Assembly: GCA_965153285.1 (NCBI GenBank)
Contig: OZ229113.1
Origin: Podarcis tiliguerta
Lineage: Eukaryota
Length of the DNA: 64,000 bases
Strand: one strand, 5' to 3'
Of this stretch, positions 25,832 to 38,995 are shown in pieces. The notes beneath the pieces were generated by a model. That model saw only the letters and a list, made by a program, of their open reading frames with translations. It was not told the DNA's origin and searched no databases. Position numbers and translations under genes: made by a program. Positions within the stretch are counted from its first letter, which is position 1; each line of letters starts with the position of its first letter.

Positions 25832-26212
25832 GGGACATGGGTGGCGCTGTGGTCTAAACCACTGAGCCTCTCAAGCTTGCCGATCAGAAGGTCGGCGGTT
25901 TGAATCCCTGAATCGAGGTGAGCTCCCATTGCTCTGTCCCAGCTCCTGCCAACCTAGCAGTTCAAAAGCACGTCAAAGTGCAAGTAGATAAATAGGTACC
26001 ACTCTGGCGGGAAGGTAAACGGCGTTTCTGTGCGCTGCTCTGGTTTCAGTGTTCCGTTGCGCCAGAAGCGGCTTAGTCATGCTGGCCACATGACCCAGAA
26101 AAGCTGTCTGTGGACAAATACCAGCTCCCTCGGCCTATAAAGCGAGATGAGCGCTGCAAGCCCAGAGTTGTCTGCGACTGGACTTAACTGTCAGGGGTCC
26201 TTTACCATTACC
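25832..26212 (+). mobile_element. Sauria SINE (variant subfamily)
   Basis: Full head and tail, with extra internal segments (tcagtgttccgttgc; ctgtggacaaa) relative to the other copies; TSD TTTGTTAA (25823-25830 / 26213-26220). Confidence 0.88.
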
Positions 26213-26676
26213 TTTGTTAAGCTTGTAATTATGCAATTTTTTATGTTGCAAGTCAACTTGAGCACAGTTTTAAGAATGGAAAGGCAGCGTACAAATAAAA
26301 TGATGAACGAGTAATGTGAGGGCATCATCAGAAGCCAACATCAGGGTTAGTAATACAGCAGAGAGGGACAATAGTGTAATGGTTGTTGGTAGTGCTACTC
26401 TTCCTTTGTTTTTAAATGCAGTTTTTGTGCTTTCATCAATGCTTCTTTGAGTGCATAAGACTTCAATGACATTATCTGATGCAAGCAGCAGAGTTGCAAT
26501 TGCTAGCATAGTCACAGTGGCCCGCCTATCAACAACTACCTATGCTGGAAATAAATGGCGTAAATGTACAGCAGACCCAGGGATTTCATGCTTCCACATT
26601 ACCCTTTGTTTACTTTAGCTGTCCCTTCCTGGGACAAGGTTTTAAGGACTTTGTTTATGAAATGGAAACGATTTAC

Positions 26677-26848
26677 CTTCTTCGTCGCTTTCTGATGCAC
26701 TGCTCTTCTCTTGAGCGAAGTTCTCATTTAGATCCGGTGACTGTATTGAAAATTTGCGTTGTGCTACATCAGCTGGCTTCCTTTCTGAAGGAAGCAGAGA
26801 ACTCCTCCTGTCCTGTTTATCACAGTGCAATTCCTCTAACTCGGGGCC
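26677..26848 (-). CDS. GRAMD1C: GRAMD1C coding exon (linker)
   Basis: actAG|GPELEELHCDKQDRRSSLLPSERKPADVAQRKFSIQSPDLNENFAQEKSSASESDEE|GTAAAT; 172 nt, phase 0 to 1. Confidence 0.9.
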
Positions 26849-27017
26849 CTAGTGAAAGAGAGCATCCACATAGTCCATCATGTTTATTTTCCAAGGAGCT
26901 ACAGTTAAAATTGTATTAGGACTACTACTCACAATTTCCTGATAAAAAAGAAAGAACAGCAGAAAGAACTCTTGAACACATAGGCCCCAAAATATGCATT
27001 CTTCATAACAGGTTTTA

Positions 27018-27367
27018 GGGACACGGGTGGCGCTGTGGGTTAAACCACAGAGCCTAGGACTTGCTGATCAGAAGGTAGGCGGTTCGAATCCCCGCGACGG
27101 GGTGAGCTCCCGTTGCTCGGTCCCTGCTCCTGCCAACCTACCAGTTCAAAAGCACGTCAAAGTGCAAGTAGATAAATAGGTACTGCTCTGGTGGGAAGAT
27201 AAACGGCGTTTCCATGTGCTGTTCTGGTTCGCCAGAAGCGGCTTAGTCATGCTGGCCACATGACCTGCTGTACGCCAGCTCCCTCGGCCAATAAGGCAAG
27301 ATGAGCGCCACAACCCCAGAGTCAGTCACGACTGGACCTAATGGTTAGGGGTCCCTTTACCTTTACC
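27018..27367 (+). mobile_element. Sauria SINE, full length
   Basis: As at 20775; TSD ATAACAGGTT (27005-27014 / 27370-27379). Confidence 0.92.
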
Positions 27368-27989
27368 TTATAACAGGTTCTATAAAACAGGTTTTTGGAT
27401 GTCTGCATAAAATGCACCAAGCACCGTTGCCGTGCAATCTGTTCATTTCAATAGAGCATGCACAGAGTTCCCATGCAAAACCTATTGAAATTAAAAGGGT
27501 TAACAGCAGCTCTGTTTTTTAAACTTTCCATTATATATTTATAATAAATATGTATGAAGCACCTTGAGTGGGTGTGGGGGAAAATGTTATATAAATATTA
27601 ATTATTGCAGTAGTTACTGAAGTAAAGTAATTGTTACCACATTTTGCTTAGTGCTGAAACTTTGTGAATACTAAATTAGAATTATGTGCCGAACAGAATG
27701 TTGATATATTTTTAAGATAATGAGAGTATTTCAGATCTGTCGTTAACAAAACTTCAGAGATTTCAAATGCCAGGAAAATGTGGGAGTGAAAGCAGATATG
27801 GGTATTACATATCATAACAGAATTAGCAGTCTGAAATGTGTCGAGCAAAAAAATCTGGATTTCAAATTAATTATATGGGAACGATCAGCATGCCTTGAAG
27901 TGAAGTATTCCCACCCATCTCAACTCAACTCATTGTGCACATAGAGGCACAATGATCAGAACAAGATTTAATCTATCAAGGACAATGTC

Positions 27990-28241
27990 AAGAAGAAGAA
28001 GAAGAGTTTGGATTTCATATCCCGCCTTTCACTCCCCTTCAGGAGTCTCAAAGCGGCTAACATTCTCCTTTCCCTTCCTCCCCCACAACAAACACTCTGT
28101 GAGGTGAGTGGGGCTGAGAGACTTCAGAGAAGTGTGACTGGCCCAAGGTCACCCAGCAGCTGCATGTGGAGGAGTGGAGACACAAACCCGGTTCCCCAGA
28201 TTACGAGACTACCGCTCTTAACCACTACACCACACTGGCTC
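27990..28241 (-). mobile_element. Squam3-like SINE, full length
   Basis: Same head, CORE and (CTT)n tail as 4390-4647. Confidence 0.88.
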
Positions 28242-28572
28242 TCAAGATTCCATTGTTGTTGTTTTTCATTTCCCATACAAATTTGTAAGCTCATTAAGTG
28301 TTCATATACAGCGCATGATGTGCAGCAGAAAATAGATAAATAGATTTCTACTTCCCTTTCAAATCTGGGGGGGGGGGGGGTGTGAAGGACAGGACGACCA
28401 CAAGTTGCTCAAAATACTTTTATAAGACAACTTCTAGCAACGAATTGTGGGAGTGGGAGCAGGGAAGATGCACTGAAAGAGCAATTACCATATCTATTCT
28501 CCCACTGTTTTCCTATGGGCAGATTGAGAAGTACTTTTTCTTTCCCCTTCTCATTGGTTACAGTGTGAAATA

Positions 28573-28738
28573 CTGTATTTTTCCATCTATAAGATGCCCC
28601 CATGTATAAGAAGTTCCCTATTTGGGGGGACTCAGATTTAAGAAAATGGCCTCGGCACTATCCGTGTATAAAATGCCCCCTAATTTTTGACATAATTTAT
28701 TAGGAAAAAACCCTAGCCTTATACACGGAAAAATACGG
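28573..28738. mobile_element. Tigger-like MITE
   Basis: TA-CTGTATTTTTCC...GGAAAAATACGG-TA termini. Confidence 0.75.
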
Positions 28739-28921
28739 TAATTCACTATTCCAGCTACAAAGATAGCATAGGATACCTTCTGAGGGCATGTCGGAGAAAC
28801 AAAGGGGCTTCAGACGTGGCAAAGCCGCAGTCAGCCCGATTACCCCATGTTCGCCTACACTGCTAGTGTTGTACACTGAGGGTGATAGAGAGGGGGGTAC
28901 AGAGACTACTTCATAGCTTAC

Positions 28922-29045
28922 TTCTGTCCGTATGTTTCCATTAAGAGACTCCGTTTCAACTTCAAGTATCTGAGCAATGGGTTCTCGAATTACACCAACT
29001 GCTTTAGGTGACTCCTTATCCCCAGATTCGTCACAAAGGCTAGAT
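28922..29045 (-). CDS. GRAMD1C: GRAMD1C coding exon (linker)
   Basis: ggcAG|A, (R)SSLCDESGDKESPKAVGVIREPIAQILEVETESLNGNIRTE|GTAAGC; 124 nt, phase 2 to 0. Confidence 0.9.
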
Positions 29046-32000
29046 CTGCCAGAGACAAAAATAGCAGCAGAGTTAACTTACACTTATTTCACATACATTG
29101 TCAGTACTTTTTACCATTCTGGAATTCCAATGTGGCAAGTGCAACATTTCAGCCTTAAGACATCCAGTCTTATTACCGCCAAGTTACTCCATTTATTTTC
29201 CTGTGCTTTTGAGTAAATATCAGCTTTTCAGACTTTGTCAAAAGTGGTACAACTAACTTGTGTAACATGAAGATGGAAATTAATGCTGCTTTGTTGTATG
29301 AATAGAACACAGAGTTCCTTACCTCTAGCTTATTTTTCCAATCATCTTTTGTGCAGTCATATACAGCATGAGATATCGACAAGGGAGATTAAAGTCAGGA
29401 CAGAATTTGGACAAATGTCAAAGTGCTTCCTTATAGATGCCTAAATATGCACTTAGTCTCTCTCACCTACTTTAGATAACCCTTCGTTGCCAATCTCACT
29501 GTCACACAGTAAGCATAACTATGAGCTCTCATCTTTGTTGGATTGACTTTAGACAGAGATTTCCGCAACTTCCACACTAGCCATGACCCAGCTTCCTTCA
29601 CTGCCCACAGCAAGACAGGGAGCAGAATAAATTTCCAAGAACAACCATGTTGATGGCCCATTGCATCTCGCTTTTTCACAACAGAGTTGGGTCTCAGCAT
29701 GATTGCCAGCTCAATCCATTGGGAAAGAAGAAAACCAGGGCATTCAGGAATCCATTGGATCCCATTAGTCCTCCACACCGGCCAGGAGAAAATGCTGTTG
29801 TTAGTTCAAACTTCACTAGGAAATGGTGTGATGATGGCAAAGGTAATTCACACAGTTCCAGAGCACTGCAAACATACAGCTTCTCCTATTTTCATCAGCA
29901 GATTTTTATAATCCAGGTAAAAAGAAATAATGTCCTCCAGACATCAAGATCATGGGCCATCTCCCTATTATTAATTAAATTGGTTATGCTTAGAGGAGAA
30001 AGCTGGTACTCAAGTCCACATTAGGTTAGAATGTAGATACTACCCTTGTTGGTTCCTAAAAGGCTTACCAAGGATTTTCTCTTAAGAAAATCACAGCTTG
30101 CCCTCTGCTTGAAAAGCTTCGCCATCAATTAATATAGTACCAAAAATAGATTTTAATGGAATTGAAGGCTATGATGGAATTTCCTCAATAAGGGATTAGC
30201 AAATAAAGAAAATGTCCCATTGTTTGTCTGGCCAAAACTACACAGAGGCAAACTTTCAAGGAGAACGATAATCCCTTGTCCTTCTAAGTAAAGCAGGAAG
30301 TCAAAACTAGGCTCCAAATTAGGCACTGGAGTAGAATGCATTTTATCAGGCCACTAACTGTGTTTGTCTAGCTTAATTGAGTCATGAATCCTATGTGGTT
30401 TGCTACAGTTTAGAAGGATGGATCCCTTTTGAAAAAGCAGTTGTTAGGTACTACAGGAGGCTGCCAGATGCAGGCATCTCATCATCTCAGTGCAGGATCT
30501 TGCCTCCGTGTTGGATTATTCTCTCCTCTTTGACAGGTGGAGCAGTTGAATAAACCAAGGCTGATGTGGCCAAAAGCAATATGCACACAGCACTCTCTAC
30601 TGCCCACTTCTGTACTCTCTGGTCCATTTCTGTCAAACCTTTGCAATCAGTGGACTGCAAATCACAGGAGTCTTAAAGTGTTTTGAGACCAGCCACTGGC
30701 CCAGATCCTCGATTCTTAAAGTGGTAGCATGAAGCATAACCCAGTTTAAGAAGATGTGAATTCAAAGTGGCATGCATGCAGTAATATTCAGCAGCACAGA
30801 TTAGATACTGTCATCTGGAATTCCCATGCATGCAAATAGTAGGGATGGTGTCAAGGGTTATGAAAGACATGGTGTGTCTACTTCACCATTGCTGGGTGTG
30901 CAAGACACTGTCCTTGATTCTCCCAGTGATCCACAGCAGCCTCCTGGCTAGCAGCACTCTCAAGAACGTGTTGTGCTGTCTCTGCACTCAAGAAAACAGG
31001 GTCATATTGATTCCTGAGCCCCTAGGATTGGTATAGTATAATACCCCGGTTCTGGTGGTTTAGCATCCATAGCACTAGAAGTTGAGACAGCATTTTGTTT
31101 CAATGTGGTTATCATGTTCACCAGAAACATCATTTCCTTATAGAAAGTTGCCAACACTAAATGTTGATCCAAAAACTAGGAGAGGAAAGGTTTCAACCTT
31201 CTCAGACCCAGGAATTTCCTGCTGCCCCACAGTGGCTGGGGGGGGGGGGGAGAAGGAGCAGAAAGTCTATGAGCAAGCCTTTGAAAAATGTGTTTAATCA
31301 GCAAGAAGGACAGGGTTGTGAGCCTCTTGGAAGCTTGACTCTAGAATCTTTGTGTGTTAAGGGTTGCTAATGCATACCCCCCAAATGTGGGGATACAGAC
31401 ATAAACAGACACAAAACAGAAGGGTAACAGAAGGGTTATAGTGCTAGCTTGGACTGATGGAAATTGTAGTACAAAGTAGCTGGAGCGCACTGTACTGAAG
31501 AAGGCTGGCCGGCCTATAGGCATCATTAAAGATGAGAATAATTGGCATTCTACCCTTCACCACAATATTGTATATACAAGTACTAAGACATTTCTATACA
31601 ATATTGTGAAGGATGCAACAAAAATTACTATGCTGTAATATTACAGAAACTACATTTTTCACAAACAAGAAAGCTTCTTGATATTGTCAAGAGCTGAAAT
31701 AAGGGATGTAGGCTTCGTCTTTTTAAAGCAAAAACACATTTTAAAGCTGCTGTGAAACAACAGGTGTGATAGAAGGATAGAAGTTAACCTGCTCAAGCTC
31801 TTGCAACCAAAGGAACTCAACTGTTTTACTTACCGTACATGAAGCAAAAATACATGTACGTGTGTGTGTGTGTGCGCGCACGTGCACATGCACGTGTGCC
31901 TATGCATGCACACACCAAGAGGACTAATAGAAGGAATCATACCCATATATTACCTAGAGCTTCTTTGACTAGAAAACTGATTTAACACAGAAGTCCACTC

Positions 32001-32422
32001 ACTCAATGAATCCAAAGTATAAACAATTTCCACAAAGGACACCCGAAAGATGAAGTTCCCTTTTCTTCCCATGAAACCGGAGCAGATAAAGTAGATCTTG
32101 CACTTGAACTGCTAAATGTATACATGATCTTATTAGGTAAGCGTCAGCCCCAAGACAAGTAAAAATAGCACCTTCGAAAAGGAATATGCTAAATCCTTGA
32201 AAACACCTTTCATTGGATATTTAGCATCATACTTCCACACATTCCTTTTCAGTTTGGTTTAGATATCATCACTAACTTGCCCATGCAAGTTGCCAAAAGG
32301 CCTCTACCCCTGTAGCAGAAAGACATGGAAGCCAGTTAACATTTACATGCTCTTTACCCTATGCAACACCTGCACGTAGCAGTGCCACTGCTGCATGGTT
32401 TGCACGAAAAGTTCCCAATATA

Positions 32423-32680
32423 CCGTATTTTTTGCTCTATAAGACTCACTTTTTCCCTCCTAAAAAGTAAGGGGAAATGTGCGTACGTCTTATGGAGTGA
32501 ATGCAGGCTGCGCAGCTATCCCAGAAGCCAGAACAGCAAGAGGGATCGCTGCTTTCGCTGCACAGCAATCCCTCTTGATGTTCTGGCTTCTGAGATTCAG
32601 AATTTTTTTTTTCTTGTTTTCCTCCTCCAAAAACTAGGTGCATCTTACGGTCTGGTGCGTCTTATAGGGCGAAAATACGG
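32423..32680. mobile_element. Tigger-like MITE
   Basis: TA-CCGTATTTTTTGCTCTATAAGAC...GTCTTATAGGGCGAAAATACGG-TA inverted termini. Confidence 0.82.
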
Positions 32681-32994
32681 TACTTTGTCATCCAACCAGC
32701 AACACGTGTGTTGCTACTGCATGAACACGCAAGCCAGCATCACCACGGATACAACCTTTTCATCAATCTAAGCAAGCAAGTGGTAATCTCTAAACTAGCT
32801 CGGAATTAGAATGGCAAAATAGAAGTTATACCTGCTTTATATGTGCATAGGAAGAGGATCGTACCGAAAAATGAAAACACCACTAATACGCAAAACTCTA
32901 TGTGCGTTCAATAGTAGCCTTTCAAATGACTTGCATAAAATGGGATGCCAATAATATGTACCTTCCTTTGTGGTAATCTGCAGCATATTCTTAC

Positions 32995-33113
32995 CTTGAC
33001 TGTCCATTCTCCTCTGATGAAGAATAAATGTTTTCCATCTCTTCCGTGTTCAAGCCCAGCTCAGAGCCATAGCTTTGCTGTACAAGCTGCCAGAATTCTT
33101 GCTTGGTCAGTCT
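32995..33113 (-). CDS. GRAMD1C: GRAMD1C coding exon (post-GRAM helix)
   Basis: tccAG|RLTKQEFWQLVQQSYGSELGLNTEEMENIYSSSEENGQS|GTAAGA; 119 nt, phase 0 to 2. Confidence 0.96.
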
Positions 33114-34165
33114 CTGGAAAACACAAAACAAAAAATTAAGTACGCTTGGTCAGTAACCACAGTAGATGGCTTGTCTTTTAAAGTTATATCCTATTTAAGC
33201 AGAGGTAACAAATGCTCTTATTCACTTAAAAAATAATAATCCCTGTTGCTAGTAATGTTCAATCTATGATCCACAGTATATCTAGCTGCATTTATAAATA
33301 AAAATGTGAAACAGAGCTTTCGCTCTAACACCCATTTTCAACTCTAACAGAAAACTAACAATACAAACCCATCATTATAGATTAATTATCTTTAAGATAG
33401 TACACTCCCGGTACTTTTCCATATGGCTATTGAGATCCAAGACCACGATAGTCTTTGCCCCCTCCCACCCCAATTCCTGAAATTTTTTTTTAGAAAAAAC
33501 CTTCTCCAAGTCGTTTTAACTGCTGTGAACAGCTGCATCCTCTCAGCTGACATTAGTTGTACAACAATACCACAATCCCCTCTTAGCCAGCTGTCTACAG
33601 GTCAAGTGGCTTCTTCACTCAACTGCTAAAGGGGCTCCAAGCATAGTGACAACAGCAACATAGCATGTGAACCAAAGCAATGTAGAGTTACCCAGCTCAA
33701 ACACAGGAGTCAAAGATAGCTCACTACGTTAACCAAAAAAACCAGATCCTATGTTGATCATGAATTAACCATCACTGAACTGTTTTCTCCCTTGTCTCCT
33801 CTCTTGCCAGAACATATTCACAAACCTGCCTTGAAATGATGTACTGGGATTACATGTTTAATGTTAAAGCAGGACGCACAGGGTGGTATAAAACTCACTA
33901 AAGCATAAGTACGCTTGCCATTTGTACCTAACTACTGACAAACATCAGAAGCATTAAAAAACTTTCCAAATATGCTTTCTCCTAGCCTAGGAGAAATAGA
34001 AGATTTCCTCCACCTCATTGAGATGTGACACAATAGTGTTGTGAACTGCACTTTCTGTTCACTATGAGTGGCCAGGATTGTTAACTAGAGAACCTCAATG
34101 GTCCTTAATGACCAGAAATGTTCTTTTTCTGATAGCAGAAGGTCTTTGATGGCCTATGGAATATA

Positions 34166-34407
34166 CAGTGGTACCTCGGGTTAAGAACTTAATTCGTTCT
34201 GGAGGTCTGTTCTTAGCCTAAAGCTGTTCTTAACCTGAGGTACCACTTTAGCTAATGGGGCCTCCTGCTGCCGCCGCACCACCACCGCACAATTTCTGTT
34301 CTCATCCTGAAGCAAAGTTCTTAATCTGAAGCACTATTTCTGGGTTAGTGGAGTCTGTAACCTGAAGCATCTGTAACCTGAAGCATCTGTAACCCAAGGT
34401 ACCACTG
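34166..34407 (+). mobile_element. Tc1/mariner MITE, 242 bp
   Basis: Same TIR and TA TSD as 18054. Confidence 0.9.
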
Positions 34408-34661
34408 TAGTACCAATCAGAATCTGGAAGACGGCACCTCTCAGAGTTAAGGGAATAGTCTGAAAGCACATGATGTGACAACTTTTTTGAAGTTAAGCAC
34501 GCCATGGGCTCTGGGTCAGTATGAAGATTGGAGACTGCCTACAAGCTATATGTAAGCTATTTTTTGTTTCATTATGGAATAGCAGCAGGTTATAAATGTA
34601 ATAAATAAGAAGAGTTGCAGAGAAAGTTTGGAGCTAGGATTTGCATTTTAAATGGAGAGAA

Positions 34662-34663
<2 letters not shown>

Positions 34664-34728
<65 letters not shown>
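34664..34728. repeat. Compound microsatellite (TC)n(AC)n(GA)n
   Basis: Read directly from the sequence. Confidence 0.95.
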
Positions 34729-34729
<1 letters not shown>

Positions 34730-37700
34730 GAGAATCTGGAGGTACAGGGTCCCTCTCTAACACTTGGATACAGGGTTAGCAGACTAGCTGTCTGTCGTAG
34801 CCTTGTATTTGCTACCAGTATTCTCTGCTTGTATATTTGTAAATAAATAACAAAAGGTGTCACAAGTCTGTAATGCACTCATTCAAAATACATCAGAAAC
34901 TAAACTCTGTAACACAGCCAATACCAAACATTCCAGAATATCTAAATTCAGATGTTAGCAGAGGAGGCAAGCAGAATGAGGCCTATGCCTTCTTCCCCTT
35001 TTTCACCATTATTTTTTCATCCCTCTTTGCCCGTATTTGTTTATATGACCTTGAGTGTGGGCCAGTTGACATTTCACGTGGCGGTCACATTTGCTGTGGT
35101 AAATAACTGAAACACCCAATGGCCTGTTCGCACAAAACAGTCTAAGCAAAATTATGATTTAGCTATGGCTTACGCTGCGCTACTGGGCCCAGTTCAAAAT
35201 GTTAGTCCTAGCATACATGGTCCCAAGGTAGTGAGGTATGTCTGTCTCTCTCATTAACTTTTAGGAAGAATCTAAAAACATTTCTGTTTACTTAGGCATT
35301 TGGTGGCTGAAAGATCCTTTCCTGGCAATCCTGGAATTACTGAGTGAGTTCTTGGTTTTTTTTAGAAGTTTTAAACTATTTTTAGAAAATTGTTTTTAAA
35401 CTGCTTTTAAAAGTTTTAGCTGTATTCTAAGTTTCATAAAAACAACAACAGCAATCTTGAGAAACCTGAGAGCTCTCAGTTTCCCACTGTAGGTGAAAAT
35501 TGTAACCAATGAATTCATACATTTTCCATTTCAGCTATTAAAAGTATTGCCATTTCTATAAATATGCTTCTCAAAATGTGGAAGAAATGAGATTTTAAAA
35601 ATAATTATACTTCTCTTCTCTGTACTTGCATTGTTGAGAAAAACTGATATGCCATTCAAATGAACTTTGGCCCTCCAAGAAGGCAAGACAGCTACTGTAC
35701 AATCAAGGGTCTTTCGCAGTCAAAGTACAGGCAGCTGGTTTTGAAGATAAGTAAACTGAGAGAATCTCAGATGAATGACCAACCATGCTGTTTTGTGCTC
35801 CCCACTTCCTCAAGCAGCGAAAAGCTCCTGGGGCACAGCAAAAGAATTTAGCCTCCTTTGGACATGGGAAATTTAGGGACAGATACAACAGAGTGCATCT
35901 GCTCACATGGGAGGGTTCTTAAGTCCTTCACCCAGCCGCAGCCTCCCCACTCCTCATGCCCCATCAAGACCCTTTTGCTAACATAAAGCGGCGGGTCTCA
36001 GATTTCCCAAGACAGCTTATCCCAGTTTTATCCCCTCATACCACATCAATGTACAACATTGATGAGGCCTCCTCTGAAACAACTAAATGGAGCTGAAGTG
36101 AGAAGGGCATGGAAACGTACTGTTCCATGCATAGAATTCAGAGTAGTAATAGCACTAGGATTGGCTTTCTAATATTTGATTTTATTTACAACAGGAGTGG
36201 GGAACCTCCTGTGGCCCCCCAGATGTTGCTGGACTCCAACTCCCACTGGTCATCCTGGCTGGAGCTGGTAGGAGCTGCCCCAATACATCTGGAGGATCGC
36301 AAGTCCCCTGACCCTCATTTACAAATATACAGGCATTACTTCAGCAGACAGCAAGTCCCTAAAGAACTATTTGTGCATGCTTCACCAAGTTCTCCCTCTA
36401 CCTGGCTTTATTCAAATTGTGTGGGTTTTTTTCCTCCCACCCCCAGAAACACACCCCTTGTGCACAGCACTGGTCATAGATGCCACCATTGTAAATGAAT
36501 TGGCCATTCAGGAAATAGCTACACCCATTAAAGGAATATTAAGGTTGTCCCCCCCTAAATCCCAACTCCAATCAGGTGATATACCCACTAACAGGAATCA
36601 GACAAGCAAACTCACGTTTATGCTCCAACTATACTGTGTAACTCATTCACCACGAGAACTCAAGCTTTCCTAATGAATTAATGGTAACTATTTGCCATTC
36701 ATATGAAGCCAGTAGAAAATATTTGCTCAAGCATGCCACGTAAGTCAGAATGTATGGCAGAAAACTTTCCATCAAATAATATATTCACAAGTTACCAATA
36801 CACACAAAATGCTCCCTCGGGAGAATACAGATTTAAGACTAGTAGGTTTCTCATGCAAGACTTAACCCACTCTCCCTGCATCATTCACCTGCAACCTGCC
36901 GCACGAAAAGAAAATGAAACCTTACATTTGCAGTTCCATAATGTAGGCAACTTCATAGCGGCATTCAGGAAACTGGACACATCTTCGGGGAAAAGTTGGC
37001 AGAGAGCACTTCAAAAACCTCCCGTAGGTTTAAAATCATTGCATAATATTCAGGATTTCCTGAAGTGCCGAAGAACCCTCTCATGGCCACATGGCTTACA
37101 AGCTGGTCCAGGCTATACAAGTAGAATGTAATAAAAAGGAAGATCACTGCCCCCACCCCCACCCCACCCCCCGTAGACAAATGCCTCCGCAATATAGTGG
37201 CAAACAACCTGGAGTGATCAAGAGGTCATGAAGAAAAGCGCTGGAGAGAAAGAGCTGCATTTATGTAACTTCCTACTATAGGCACTTTGCAAGCTGCTGA
37301 AAAATGGGCAGGTCTGTTTTCAGAACTGGAAGTGGGACGTGCTTTGCTCCTGCTCAGTTCCTGGGGCCCTCCCACTAAGAAAACAGGTAAGCAGGTTATA
37401 GGAAAACATACGGCTCAGGATTCCTAAGAATCTATCAAGCAGGTTCCTCCCCACCACAGAACACCTGGATAGACAGGAAAACAGGTGTGGTTACCCGGCT
37501 TTTGAGAGAATTGATCTTCTGCTCCTCATGCACAATTCATTTAAAAATGCCTTAAGTCTCTAACACTATCTCAGGGGAGCTGCTTTCAAGGCTGCTTAGT
37601 ACGCTAATGCTGCTATTAGTTCCACTCAAAGCCGGTCAAGCCACAGTTTGTTGCAGGGAAAGAACACGGACAGCATTCCTGGGCAGAGCTTCCTTATCAG

Positions 37701-38059
37701 GTTTCTCTTTAACCCTTTCACTAACATGCACATACATTAGGGGGGCGGGGAGGGCAGGCTATAAATAGAGAGGGGGAAATCACACTTGACTAGAAGGCCC
37801 AGAAAGCCCAGCCACTTCTGAAAAAGCAAACCAGTATCAGCCCTTCCAGAGTAGACCAGTCAGCACTGACAAGGCACCCTTTGCCATGTCTGCCCCTCAA
37901 CTTACCTTCCTTTCTAGGCTGGCGAAGCAGCTGCTGTGATTGAACATTCACACTGCTTGTGATTTTATTACATGATAATTCAATAATTACACAGCATTTG
38001 TGTGAAACTCTTTATCTTCCAGAAAATTGCAGATTCCGGAATATGAAACCCTGTACAGG

Positions 38060-38995
38060 GCATCATGAATAAACTGAAGCTCAATCCAGACAAGACTGAG
38101 GCATTGTTAGTCGGCAGTTCCCTAGACTAGACGGATGGCAGGTTGCCTGCTCTTCATGGGGTAACACTCACTCTGAAGGACCGGGGACATAGCTTGCTTT
38201 GGGTGCTTCTGGGTCCTTTGCTGTTGCTTGTGGCTTAGGAAGCTTCAGTGGTGCAGAGTGCCTTCTATCAGCTTTGGCTAGTGGCCCAGCCATGTCCCTA
38301 TCTGGGCAGGGATAGCCTAATCTCTGTCATCTATGCTCTGCTAAACTCTAGGTTAGAGATGACCACAACACGTTATACATTGGGTTGCCTCTGAAAATGG
38401 TTCACAATTCAGCAGCTAAGGCAAAACAGTTCAAGCATACGACACCTGGCCTGACTGCACTGGCTACCAATTAGTTTCTGGGCCCAATTCCATGTGCTGG
38501 TTTTGACCTATAAAGCTTTAAACGGCTCTCGACTACAATACCTCAGGGACTGCCTCTCTCCATATGAACTGACCTGGACCCTTCTTTGTGTGCCTCCTCC
38601 ACACCACAAGAGGTCTGGAGGGCAGCAACATGAGAATGGACCTTTTCTACAGCAGCTCCCTGTTTATGGAATTTTCTCCTCAGGGGGGTTTGGCCGGTGT
38701 CTTCATTATACACCTTCAGGCGCCAGGCGAAAACAGTTCCTCTTCAGCCAGGCCTTTGGCTGATTACTATCTTAGAGGCCTTTCAAATGTTACATACCTT
38801 GAGGCACCAGGCAAAAACATTCCCTTTCTCCCAGGCCTTTGGCTAATTAAACAATCTATGGCTTTTTAAACTGGAGGTGGGGAGGGATAATTGTTTTTGT
38901 TTGTTACTTTGTTATGAATTTCTGTGTTTTTAAATTGTAAACTGCCCTGTGATCCTCGGATGAAGAGAGGTATAGAGTCTAATAAATAAATAAAT
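38060..38995 (+). mobile_element. Old L2 LINE 3' portion
   Basis: NKLKLNPDKTE motif, then LHWLPISF..VLVLTYKALNG..YLRDCLSPYE, and a 3' end aaactgccctgtgatcctcggatgaagagaggtata + (TAAA)n. Confidence 0.8.

Noticed and set aside
36703-37131. 142-aa plus-strand ORF antisense to GRAMD1C
   Set aside because: No recognisable domain or repeat homology; its length is within chance expectation for 64 kb in six frames.
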